A stretch of 64,000 bases of DNA from a virus, in the IMG/VR virus record IMGVR_UViG_3300015371_000014, positions 1 through 64,000 of that record. One strand, written 5' to 3'. Shown piece after piece: positions 1 to 9,077 of the stretch (within the stretch, counting starts at the first letter, position 1; every line of letters begins with the position of its first letter). Under the pieces are notes generated by a model. It was not told the DNA's origin. It saw only the letters and a list, made by a program, of their open reading frames with translations, and did no database searches. Both the position numbers and the translations under genes were made by a program.

Positions 1-225
1 CGTATCGAACCGCTCACTCGCTGACCTTCTTGCGGAGGCAATCCGGCTGGATGAGGAGGTCGAGAAGCTCTGTGACCGAATCACCATATTAGAGGAAGAG
101 CGAAAACCCCTGGCCCTGAAATCAATCAAGGCGTTTCGAGCGGCCCAGAAGAAAAGTGGGATGGACAACAACCACTGGGTGCAGTACTTCGCCAAGGCGG
201 TGGAGCGGCATCGGAAGGAGAACGG

Positions 226-507
226 GTGAGTTTTGCGATCAAAGTCCTGGGGTATGCCGATGGGCGACCGTGTTCGTTTGAGGACTCGTACCTGCGTTGG
301 TACGACCCGAACGTCGCGATTGAAGAGGAGGGATTGTTGGTGCTAGGGGAGTTTACCTATGACATCGCGCTTGCCAAGACCTTCCCTGACCGGATCTCTG
401 CTCTGGAGGAGTGGAAGCGGGTGCGGGAGGTGGATCCGATCCGCCCAGATGGAAAGCCGAATCGGCCTCTCACGGTTTACACCGTCACGATTGAGCCAGT
501 GCCATGA
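226..507 (+). CDS. Hypothetical phage protein
   Basis: GTG start after AAGGAG; stop coupled to next ATG. Confidence 0.65.
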   Translation: MSFAIKVLGYADGRPCSFEDSYLRWYDPNVAIEEEGLLVLGEFTYDIALAKTFPDRISALEEWKRVREVDPIRPDGKPNRPLTVYTVTIEPVP

Positions 508-973
508 CCGGCGCGAAGACGTTTCTTTCCTGGCTGGCGAGAGAGCCAGAAGAGAAGATTCTGTACCTGAAGGATTTCATGGAGAAGCTTGCTGACGGTC
601 GGGTCGCCATCATTGTTTGCAAGGAGGGTGGGGAGCCAAAGTGTCTCACGACAAAGAACAAAGCCACGCTCTGTATCTGCCGCGAGAAATAGTGGAGCAT
701 TACGAGCTTGTAGACAAACTGTCTGGGATGCTCATGCAAGAGTACGACACAAAGGAGGAGGCCCTGGCCCACCTGCGGACGTTTCGGCTGGATCAGTTCG
801 AGGATCTTGTCTTGTTTCGGGTCACCCGCCGACTTGCGATGGTGGCAGAGGGCGACGACATCAGCGCGTTTGTGACTGGGAGAGAGGTGCATGGAGCCTA
901 GTGTGGTGGTGATGGTCGTTATCGGGATCGCCTGCGTGGTCTGCGGGGTGATCGGGAGAGGAGGAATCGATCT

Positions 974-1570
974 GTGGTAAGGAAGCTCGCGGTGATCGTG
1001 CTGGCGCTCTCGCTGTTGACAGTGTCAAATGCAGAGGCGAAAAAGCACCATCACAAACATCCACAACCCTTCCAGCGGGAGATCTGGTACATCATCAACC
1101 AGCTTCCCTCCCAGTGGACGCCCCAACTCCAGGAGACGGTAGCTGACTTCAACGCCAACATGCCTGAGAAGGGACCGCTACTGGTCGTGATCAAAGGGGA
1201 TCCCGTGATCTGTGACACTCAGATCAAGCGGACTATCACCGTCTGTGGGGGTGATGGCGAATACGCAGGCGGGGAGTACTGGGGGCTGGCCTGGGGCATC
1301 GGTCACTCCGAAATGTCGATCTGGATGGATGTCGAGGGAGAGTGGATCCCTGACAGCCCAGACGAAGTAGAAGCGACGCTGTGCCATGAGCTTATGCACG
1401 AAGTTGGCCTTATTGACGACAACTACAACGCCATGCCCGATACCAGTTGCGTCTGGGGCAACCTCACTGATCTGGGGCCGTGGGACATCGCTCGTCTGCA
1501 CGCGGTATGGGATGACGGCACCAACGACACCCCAGAAGACGAAATCCAACAAAGGAAACACCATGCATAG
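974..1570 (+). CDS. Secreted zincin (matrixin-like) metallopeptidase
   Basis: Signal peptide ending AEA; HExxHxxG motif HELMHEVG. Confidence 0.7.
   Translation: MVRKLAVIVLALSLLTVSNAEAKKHHHKHPQPFQREIWYIINQLPSQWTPQLQETVADFNANMPEKGPLLVVIKGDPVICDTQIKRTITVCGGDGEYAGGEYWGLAWGIGHSEMSIWMDVEGEWIPDSPDEVEATLCHELMHEVGLIDDNYNAMPDTSCVWGNLTDLGPWDIARLHAVWDDGTNDTPEDEIQQRKHHA
1016..1028. promoter_or_regulatory. Palindrome variant TTGACAGTGTCAA (1-nt spacer)
   Basis: Perfect half-sites with a shorter spacer; inside the peptidase CDS. Confidence 0.45.
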
Positions 1571-1964
1571 CTATATCAATTGGTACGACGGAGAACGCGA
1601 CGTGAACATGGTTGGTCGCCATGTTTCCGCGAAGGTTGTGCTGGACAGCTTCCGTAGCGTCATCTCACGCGATCCTGTTCCACCAGACCCCAAAAATATC
1701 GAGATTATTGTGGCGTGGTATGGGTACGGGGATTACCACGGATCTGCCATCGTGGTCTATCGCGACAAACGTGATGGGAAGCTCTATGAGGTCAATGGCT
1801 GGCACTGCTCCTGTTATCAACTGGAAGGGCAGTGGAAACCAGAGGAGGTCGTCGTGAAAGAGCTTCTGGCACGACCTGTGTACGCCGATCTCAATCAATC
1901 AAGGGCAGAAGATAAAAAGGACATTGAGGACATTCGCCGCGAACTCGTCGCGAGGTTAGGATGA
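1563..1964 (+). CDS. Conserved phage hypothetical protein (HCSCY motif)
   Basis: ATG 1563 after AAGGA; YGDYHGSA and GWHCSCY motifs. Confidence 0.65.
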   Translation: MHSYINWYDGERDVNMVGRHVSAKVVLDSFRSVISRDPVPPDPKNIEIIVAWYGYGDYHGSAIVVYRDKRDGKLYEVNGWHCSCYQLEGQWKPEEVVVKELLARPVYADLNQSRAEDKKDIEDIRRELVARLG

Positions 1965-2334
1965 GAGACGACACTGTACGAAAGGCGATAATCGCCTTAG
2001 ACCTTACAAACGGAACTTGGGAGAAAAAGAACGTCTGGGAGATGGCCCCCGATCAGCAGGAGATCCTGGTGGACGCCTACTGGGAGATCTACAACGCCAA
2101 CCCTGATTTAGGGGTGCGAAGGATTCGGGCCGTCTCCACCACCCTCCTGATGCCTTCGTTCTTGGCTTTCGTGGATGACGTCAAGGACGTGGCGAGGAAG
2201 GTCTGATGCCGAACTGCGGTGACTACTGGCCGTCGTTGGAGTATTGGTGGTGTGACTATTGCCGGGACTATCACCGCTGCGGCGACTTCCCCTGGCTAGA
2301 TCCTGCGTGTTGTTCCGAAGAGCCTGAGGAAGAT

Positions 2335-2348
2335 TTGACACCTGTCAA
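2335..2348. promoter_or_regulatory. Palindrome TTGACACCTGTCAA
   Basis: Exact copy just upstream of the GAGGAGG RBS of ORF 2361. Confidence 0.85.
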
Positions 2349-2360
2349 CGAGGAGGAAAC

Positions 2361-2579
2361 ATGAAACGCACAACCTTCACGACTGAACTCCGCACGATCC
2401 TGCACAGAGGACACACTCTCCTCGTTCCTGAAGCGGAGTGCGCTCTCTGCCAACTTGAGATGGATGAGATCCTGCCTCTCTTCCATCACTATGTGGCAGA
2501 TTGGCTGAAGAAGCACAAAGACGATCCAGACATCGAGACAAAATGGCGGCAGCAGATCGGAGGGAAACCACCAGGATGA
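2361..2579 (+). CDS. Hypothetical protein
   Basis: Strong RBS GAGGAGG; ATGA overlap with next gene. Confidence 0.65.
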   Translation: MKRTTFTTELRTILHRGHTLLVPEAECALCQLEMDEILPLFHHYVADWLKKHKDDPDIETKWRQQIGGKPPG

Positions 2580-2998
2580 GCAACGACTGGCGCGGCATAG
2601 ACCGGGATCAAGTCTCCGAAGCGTACGGCACAATCATCACTGAAGAAGACATGGCGCGGATCTGGCCCATGATCGAGCTTGCGGCCACCTTGCACAACAC
2701 CAAGCCACCCCAGATCCTGCACGCGATGAAGCTGCGGAGAGAACTCAAAGAACAAGAAGCGGAGTTCACCCCGCCAAAACTGACCGTGAACGAAAACCAT
2801 ACCTATCCCTGCTGGGCCTACGACGAACTCAGGCGTTTTCTGCATGATGCGCTCGTGCGAGAACTCATGGTCAATAAGGTCACCCTTCGCCAAACCATCT
2901 ATGACCAAAAGGGCCATTCCAAAATCGCCAACATCGAGTATCCCGTAGATGAGTTTGTCGGCAAGATCATGGAGATTCTTGATGAACAATGTCGGTAA
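2576..2998 (+). CDS. Hypothetical protein
   Basis: ATGA-coupled start at 2576. Confidence 0.6.
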   Translation: MSNDWRGIDRDQVSEAYGTIITEEDMARIWPMIELAATLHNTKPPQILHAMKLRRELKEQEAEFTPPKLTVNENHTYPCWAYDELRRFLHDALVRELMVNKVTLRQTIYDQKGHSKIANIEYPVDEFVGKIMEILDEQCR

Positions 2999-3205
2999 CC
3001 CCTTGATCCGTGGTACGCTTGTAGCTATCGGACTCGCACTAGGGGGTTTTGCGGGTCTGGTGACGATGATGATCATTGCGGTCGGGAAAGAGCTTCTGGA
3101 GAAGGAGCGACATGAGCCTACGGAAGACTGTCGCTGAGATTGTGATATTTCTCAGGACAGCAAAGACAGAAACGATCACCGACGATCTGGTGAGGGGAGA
3201 CTTCG

Positions 3206-3421
3206 ATGTTGCCAGACAAAAGTGTGAAGCTGGAAGACGCGCTCGAAGCCAGAGCCGTTCAGGTCGCCGTCAACCGGAGGATGCTGCAGGAGGAGCGCAA
3301 ATCCTTCCCGGTGATCGCGATGATCGACACCCTGATTGATGAGGGGTTTAGTCCGACACAGGCAGGCAAGATTCTCAACCGCTCTGTCTTTCTCGCCCAT
3401 GCACTACAGGAGAAAACGTGA
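3206..3421 (+). CDS. Hypothetical protein, possible C-terminal HTH
   Basis: GFSPTQAGKILNRS; coupled to next gene. Confidence 0.45.
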   Translation: MLPDKSVKLEDALEARAVQVAVNRRMLQEERKSFPVIAMIDTLIDEGFSPTQAGKILNRSVFLAHALQEKT

Positions 3422-3654
3422 GTACATCCGGACCAACAAAGAAGTCGCGGGTCTGGGAGGTGATGCGCTTCATCACGAAGTACATCGATAGCAATGGCTA
3501 TCCTCCCTCCCTCCGCATTATCTCGCGAGAGGCCAACGTCTACCCCTCCTCTGTTGTCCACTACGTGAATCAGCTAGAGGAGTGGGGCTACATCCAGCGG
3601 GGTGACGATCCTCGCCGCCTTATCACGGTGACAGAGAAGGGACGAGAGCTTTGA
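3418..3654 (+). CDS. LexA-type winged-helix DNA-binding protein (no peptidase domain)
   Basis: FITKYIDSNGYPPSLRII...SSVVHYVNQLEEWGYIQR matches the LexA N-terminal domain. Confidence 0.85.
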   Translation: MSTSGPTKKSRVWEVMRFITKYIDSNGYPPSLRIISREANVYPSSVVHYVNQLEEWGYIQRGDDPRRLITVTEKGREL

Positions 3655-4118
3655 GGAGCATCCGCCGAATCCTCCTGGTGACCGGATCTCGCAGGGCGAG
3701 CTTTCCCCATTACCAGCTTGTAGAAAAGCACCTGAGAGCGTGGGATCCCCAGTTGATCATCCACGGTGGATGTGTTGGCTTTGACATCCTCTGCGAGGAG
3801 TGGGCAGTGGCAAATGGAGTCCCCTTCTCGCGCTTCGATACGCCACAGCAGGACAAAGAACGCTATGGCGGCAGAGCCTTCACGATGCGGAACACCACCA
3901 TGGTGGAACACGTCATCGACACGTACTGCGAACAAACTGATGACGGACTCTGGATTGCCAGACATACCTTCGTGGTGGGCTGTATGGCCTTTCCGGGCGG
4001 TGGTGGCACAGACGACTGTGCGGGGAAGTGGTTAGAGTACGCCAATCGGACAGTGACGTTCGTTACCACCCGCAAATTGCAGTTTATCGATCTCAGAGGA
4101 GAACCGTTCAATGTATAG
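3651..4118 (+). CDS. SLOG-superfamily (YspA/DUF2493-like) protein
   Basis: LLVTGSR, IIHGGCVGFD, RNTTMV, AFPGGGGT motifs. Confidence 0.75.
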   Translation: MRSIRRILLVTGSRRASFPHYQLVEKHLRAWDPQLIIHGGCVGFDILCEEWAVANGVPFSRFDTPQQDKERYGGRAFTMRNTTMVEHVIDTYCEQTDDGLWIARHTFVVGCMAFPGGGGTDDCAGKWLEYANRTVTFVTTRKLQFIDLRGEPFNV

Positions 4119-4352
4119 CGGCGGTACGAAGATTCAAGGTGAACTTAACGACACAGAGAACGAACTCCTAGAAGAAGCGATCAAGAAGTTCCCGAAAGGG
4201 AGTAAGGCACGCTACCTTGCCACCAATGGCGCGGCTGGTACCGTGATCAAGGTTCTGTACGAGCATCGCCTCTTTGACATCATGATCGGGGTGGACTTCG
4301 GCCACGGCAAGCCTCTGTATATCCCGGCTGCCCTGATGCGCCCGGTGGAGGT

Positions 4353-4676
4353 GTGATGTCTGTCCTCTCGATCCAGGGTGAAGAGTTTCTCATTCATCCC
4401 GTAGATCTTGACACCATGGCATGTAGCCCCTTTGGCGCTCCGGTTGGGTTTATGTACGATCCAACGATGGATACCATCTATGGCCGGGTGGTGATCGAGG
4501 ATCAGGTCTTTGCCTATACCTACACCGGGGTCAGTGTCTATCGCGATCAGCAGCGAGCGGCGACGATAGAGTTTATGCCGAACATTGAAGAGCTTGTTGC
4601 TAGGAAGATTAATCAGGCGGTCACGCAGTGGGAATTCGATAGTCTGGCCCTGGCTGGTATGGAACTCGAAGAGTGA
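4353..4676 (+). CDS. Hypothetical protein
   Basis: GGAGG RBS; coupled to upstream ORF 4111-4356. Confidence 0.55.
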   Translation: MMSVLSIQGEEFLIHPVDLDTMACSPFGAPVGFMYDPTMDTIYGRVVIEDQVFAYTYTGVSVYRDQQRAATIEFMPNIEELVARKINQAVTQWEFDSLALAGMELEE

Positions 4677-4703
4677 TAGAATGCCTCTGAAAGGAGGCGT
4701 CTC

Positions 4704-4853
4704 ATGCTCTGGACGTTGATCGTTATTCTCGTTATCCTCTGGGCGATTGGGTTTTTCGCGATTCCCACCCTGGGCAGCATCGTCCATATCCTCCTCGTTA
4801 TTGCCCTCGTTGTGTTGATCTACCAGCTGATCACGGGCCACCGTCCACTCTGA
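4704..4853 (+). CDS. 49-aa lmo0937/DUF5670-family membrane protein (not in ORF track)
   Basis: RBS AAAGGAGG; MLWTLIVILVILWAIGFFAIPTLGSIVHILLVIALVVLIYQLITGHRPL. Confidence 0.8.
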   Translation: MLWTLIVILVILWAIGFFAIPTLGSIVHILLVIALVVLIYQLITGHRPL

Positions 4854-5070
4854 TGTCTACGTGGCAATTTCGTGGACTTGTTGCGCGAACCTGGACGGGA
4901 TACTGCCTGTTGGGAGGATGGGGTGAGTATCGCCGCCAGTGTAATCCGTCCCATGTCTTGAGATTGGGGTGGCTACATATCTTGCGCTGGGCAGATGGTG
5001 GCGGCAAGCCAATCGAAATATTTTGGATTCCGACGCGGCGACGACCGCGCTGTCAACGATTGCTTCCAGT

Positions 5071-5391
5071 ATGACTGTCTATCTAGGGGCAGGCTGGAAA
5101 CTCACCCATGTCACTGACCGGGTGATCGAGATCCAGAAGGATGACTGGGCCTACCGGCGTCTGACTGGTCGCGATGGATACGTACGAGTAAGGGCTGAGC
5201 CGGGAATGGACCGGCAAGCCCTTATCTCGCGTGCGGTAGACTGTGCTAAACGGCAGGACGAGATCCTGGGTACCCTGCTGGCGATGCGGCTTGCGCCACC
5301 CCGGCGTTCATACGAGATGCAACAGCGCAGACTGGCTCCCGCGTTCGCAACACCGGAAGAGCCTGAGATCATAGGGAGGAAACATGGATAA
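5071..5391 (+). CDS. Hypothetical protein
   Basis: ATG 5071 coupled to upstream stop. Confidence 0.5.
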   Translation: MTVYLGAGWKLTHVTDRVIEIQKDDWAYRRLTGRDGYVRVRAEPGMDRQALISRAVDCAKRQDEILGTLLAMRLAPPRRSYEMQQRRLAPAFATPEEPEIIGRKHG

Positions 5392-5776
5392 CGGATCTAC
5401 GCTAGTGGTACGCGATCTCGATGGTAAGCACATTTCAATTCCCGCCGATACGCCAGATGAAATGCTGAAAGAACGCAACTGGACGCCGGTTGGCTACCCC
5501 GACAAGTCCACCGAACAAGAGCGCAATAAGGCGTGGGCTAAGGACGCGATGGAGAACGGCCTCATTGCCGATCTTAAGCATCAAATCGGCCCCGCCGCGC
5601 ATGAGATCGCTGGCGCACTCCGCACACTCGATACTTCTCGCCCCTTTCCTTTCACAAAGGAAGAGATCAAGAACGCCAAGCGCATCCTGATGGAAGCGGG
5701 GTATGGCGCGACCGAACAAGAGGTCGAGGGGCGATTCTCCGTCCCCACGGCAGTCGTGAGCAAGACGCAGGAGTAA
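5384..5776 (+). CDS. Hypothetical protein
   Basis: GAGGA RBS; operon context. Confidence 0.6.
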   Translation: MDNGSTLVVRDLDGKHISIPADTPDEMLKERNWTPVGYPDKSTEQERNKAWAKDAMENGLIADLKHQIGPAAHEIAGALRTLDTSRPFPFTKEEIKNAKRILMEAGYGATEQEVEGRFSVPTAVVSKTQE

Positions 5777-5779
5777 GTT

Positions 5780-6229
5780 ATGGCTGTCACAAACGTCCTC
5801 TTTGCGAAGTTCCCTCAAAATGCGGCAGGAGGTGATGCGGCTGGCGATGGTCCGATGGATCTGCTGTCGGACACGATCAAGGGCACACTCCATACCTCGA
5901 CCTGGACCCCTTCGCAGACCACAAACGAAGTCAAGGCTGATGCCACCAACGAACTCGGCACAGGCGGCGGCTATACCGCGCTAGGGGTCACTCTGGGCAC
6001 CAAGACGTACGTGGCCTCCAGCTTGGTGACGACCTTCGATGCAGCAGACCTTGCGTGGCCTGCCTTCACGAATACCTTCCGCTATCTGGTTCTTTGGGAT
6101 GACACGCCTACCGTGCCAGCCGATCCACTGATTGCCCTGATTGATACCGGAGGCAACCAGACACTCTCAGGGACGGATCTGTCCTTCCCCTGGAATGCAT
6201 CGGGGATCTTTTCTTTCACGGTGGCGTAA
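5780..6229 (+). CDS. Putative virion fibre/appendage subunit
   Basis: Thr/Gly-rich beta protein with TNELGTGGGYTALG and TFDAAD, typical of phage fibre-associated structural proteins. Confidence 0.6.
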   Translation: MAVTNVLFAKFPQNAAGGDAAGDGPMDLLSDTIKGTLHTSTWTPSQTTNEVKADATNELGTGGGYTALGVTLGTKTYVASSLVTTFDAADLAWPAFTNTFRYLVLWDDTPTVPADPLIALIDTGGNQTLSGTDLSFPWNASGIFSFTVA

Positions 6230-6457
6230 ATGGCAAAGTTGATGTGCGTCCACTGTGGACGCTACATGACAATGCCGGTCAACATCGCGGTACGACTGGA
6301 GAAGTGTGTCTTCTGTGGTAAAGACTTCGCGGTCTGGGCCACGGAGATCGAAAAGCCGCGCACCCTTATCGAACCAGTGCGGAAGCGGGAGCCAGTCAAG
6401 AACTGGTCTGTTGCTGACGAGAATAAGTTCCGGAGGCTCGTAGAAGGGATTTTCTGA
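6230..6457 (+). CDS. Small Zn-ribbon protein
   Basis: CVHC...CVFC. Confidence 0.55.
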   Translation: MAKLMCVHCGRYMTMPVNIAVRLEKCVFCGKDFAVWATEIEKPRTLIEPVRKREPVKNWSVADENKFRRLVEGIF

Positions 6458-6660
6458 TGCCACCAACACGCGCCTGGGGTGTGACCCGGCAGAACCTCAC
6501 GACGCTCAATAACGCCCTGAACATCATTACGACCATTCGGAACGAGATGGCACAGGATATCGCTTATTCCGGCAACGTGCCGAATATCGATAATGCGCTC
6601 CAGATCCTGACCGACATTGCTCAAGTTGTAAGTGATCACCTGACCGCTGAGGGCAAGTAG
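6457..6660 (+). CDS. Hypothetical protein
   Basis: Stop/start overlaps on both sides. Confidence 0.6.
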   Translation: MPPTRAWGVTRQNLTTLNNALNIITTIRNEMAQDIAYSGNVPNIDNALQILTDIAQVVSDHLTAEGK

Positions 6661-7466
6661 TGACAATCACGACCCTTGACGGTCTGATTGCGGCCCTGGG
6701 CAACAATCAACAACGGGCGTCGTTTGCCAAGAATGCCGCAAACGGCGCGACGGGTACGCCGATAGGACTCTTTTGCGTCGCTGGCACTCCCGGTGCGGCG
6801 GCGAACCCGTCGTCTGGTGTTGCTGGCGACGTTCCAACAAAAGCCACGCCTGGGGCGTTTATCTTCACCAACCCAACCGCGCCAGCTAAAACCTACATAT
6901 CACGCATCGCGCTCATGATGGGAAACGTGTCGTGCGCTCTGCACTTCTATGACCGGCTGTGGCACAACAGCGGACTGTCCGCAACCTCGACCTCCGCGCA
7001 GACGGTCAACAGCGTGGCACTGACGCGTCCTGATGCGAACGGTGATGACGTTGAGGCATGGTGGCATGTCTATTCAGCGGCTGGGTCAGGAAATCCAACG
7101 TCCGTCACGATCTCCTACACAAATCAGGCTGGCACGAGCGGTAGGACTGGCACGCTAAGTAATTTTGTTGCCAGCGCCCCAACCCACCGTACCCTGCCGT
7201 TCACGCTGCAATCTGGCGACACAGGCGTGCGCTCAATCCAGAGCTATACCCAGAATGTTTCCCTTGGATCGGGGACGATTGGACTCGTGCTAAGGCGAAA
7301 GATCGTCACCCTCATTGCGCCAGTGAGTAACAATGTCGCGATGGCTGATGGGTTTGCTCTTGGCTTACCGCTGGTGAACGATGACGCGTGCATCGAGCTA
7401 ATCGCCCACATTGCCGCCAACTCGACACTCAATGGCGTTGGCAACTTCACCCTGATTCAAGGCTAA
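6660..7466 (+). CDS. Putative structural protein, paralog 1 of 3
   Basis: Shares YDRLWHNSG, RPDANG, EAWW and GDTGVRSIQ with the next two ORFs. Confidence 0.65.
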   Translation: MTITTLDGLIAALGNNQQRASFAKNAANGATGTPIGLFCVAGTPGAAANPSSGVAGDVPTKATPGAFIFTNPTAPAKTYISRIALMMGNVSCALHFYDRLWHNSGLSATSTSAQTVNSVALTRPDANGDDVEAWWHVYSAAGSGNPTSVTISYTNQAGTSGRTGTLSNFVASAPTHRTLPFTLQSGDTGVRSIQSYTQNVSLGSGTIGLVLRRKIVTLIAPVSNNVAMADGFALGLPLVNDDACIELIAHIAANSTLNGVGNFTLIQG

Positions 7467-7469
7467 GCG

Positions 7470-8273
7470 ATGACGATTGCGACACTCGATCAACTTGTCA
7501 CGGCGCTTGCGTCACCACAGCAACGCTTTGGTTTTTACAAGACGGTGACCCCACAAGCCGTGTCGGCATTTACCTCGCTGTGGGCGTGCCCAGGATTCCC
7601 AGGAGCGGGAGCAGATCCGTCGTCTGGCGTTGGTGGCAGCATTCCAACAGACGCGACCGCTGGCGCGATGCCTTTTACCAACCCTGCTGGTGCTGTTCAG
7701 ACCTATCTCTCGCGCTTTGCGGCATCCCTTGGCGCGACCGCTGGCATGCTTATCCTGTATGACCGGCTGTGGCACAACAGTGGACTTTCACCCACGTCGT
7801 TGACCGCACAGACGGTCAACTCAACAGCACTGACACGACCGGACGCAAACGGCGCGGATGTCGAGGCATGGTTCCATGTCTTGGGCACACTTGGCGCTGG
7901 CTCAACGGCCCCAACGATCAGCTATACCGATCAAGACGGGAACTCTGGTAACACGGGCACACTTATGAACTTTGTCACGACTGCCGCGACGCATCGTAAC
8001 TTCCAATTTCAACTGGCGTCGGGTGATAGTGGTGTGCGGAGCATCCAGAGCTACACCAACGCCGCAACGCTCACGTCGGGCACGTTTAGCCTTATCCTAC
8101 GGCGTCGGATCGCGGCTCTGGCGCTACCGAACTCTAATTACGGTGGGATGCTCGATCCGCTTTCGGGTGGACTCCCATCAATTCCAAACGATGCATGTTT
8201 AGAGCTTATGGTATTCAATGGTTCCGCTGTCGCGGCATTTGCGTACGGTGGTCTTTCGTTGATTCAGGGATAA
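7470..8273 (+). CDS. Putative structural protein, paralog 2 of 3
   Basis: Same motifs and similar length. Confidence 0.65.
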   Translation: MTIATLDQLVTALASPQQRFGFYKTVTPQAVSAFTSLWACPGFPGAGADPSSGVGGSIPTDATAGAMPFTNPAGAVQTYLSRFAASLGATAGMLILYDRLWHNSGLSPTSLTAQTVNSTALTRPDANGADVEAWFHVLGTLGAGSTAPTISYTDQDGNSGNTGTLMNFVTTAATHRNFQFQLASGDSGVRSIQSYTNAATLTSGTFSLILRRRIAALALPNSNYGGMLDPLSGGLPSIPNDACLELMVFNGSAVAAFAYGGLSLIQG

Positions 8274-8276
8274 GCG

Positions 8277-9074
8277 ATGGCGTTCACAACGATGGACCAA
8301 GTGCTGGCTGCTTTACCGGGGCAACCAGTCAAATTCAACAAGAACTTCCAGATGACTTCTGGCGCGTGGGCCTCGACATTCAATGGCGTTGGCTATCCCA
8401 CGGCGGGGGCAACACCAAGCTCCGGTCTGGCTGGCGACATTCCAACGGCTGCCACACTCGGCGCACTACCAATGGCGGCATCCGGTCCTGGCACGCTGTA
8501 CGCGGCACGAATGCAAGCCGGATTTTCTACGTCAGGACAAGCTGGTCTGGTCGTGCTTTATGATCGTGTCTGGCACAACTCAGGCATCAGCGCCACGGTG
8601 ACCACGGCGCAAACAATCAACTCTGTGGCGCTCAACCGCCCCGATGCGAATGGCAAAGAGGTTGAGGCGTGGTGGCAAGTCTATGCCGCGATGGGCGCTG
8701 GTACGCCGAATGTCACTCTGACCTACACCGATCAGGACGGCAACACTGCACAGAGCGGCTCGTCAGGCGTGCTAGCAACGACGATGGCGGTCAATCGCAC
8801 TGGTCCCTTCATCCTTGCTTCAGGCGATACGGGGGTGCGCTCGATCCAGACATGGCAAGCCGACGCCACCTTTACATCCGGTACGATTGGGCTGGTGCTA
8901 CGGCGACCTCTGCTGTATCTCGCTGTTCCGGTCTTCAATCAGGAGCAGATCGCAGACGTACTGGCCTCAAATCTGGTAGAGATACCGGACGCTGCTTGCC
9001 TGGAGATTGTCACGTTTGTTCAGACGACAACACTCACGAATTTCCAGGGCGAACTTCTGATCGTTGAGGGCTAA
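8277..9074 (+). CDS. Putative structural protein, paralog 3 of 3
   Basis: Same motifs and similar length. Confidence 0.65.
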   Translation: MAFTTMDQVLAALPGQPVKFNKNFQMTSGAWASTFNGVGYPTAGATPSSGLAGDIPTAATLGALPMAASGPGTLYAARMQAGFSTSGQAGLVVLYDRVWHNSGISATVTTAQTINSVALNRPDANGKEVEAWWQVYAAMGAGTPNVTLTYTDQDGNTAQSGSSGVLATTMAVNRTGPFILASGDTGVRSIQTWQADATFTSGTIGLVLRRPLLYLAVPVFNQEQIADVLASNLVEIPDAACLEIVTFVQTTTLTNFQGELLIVEG

Positions 9075-9077
9075 GTT

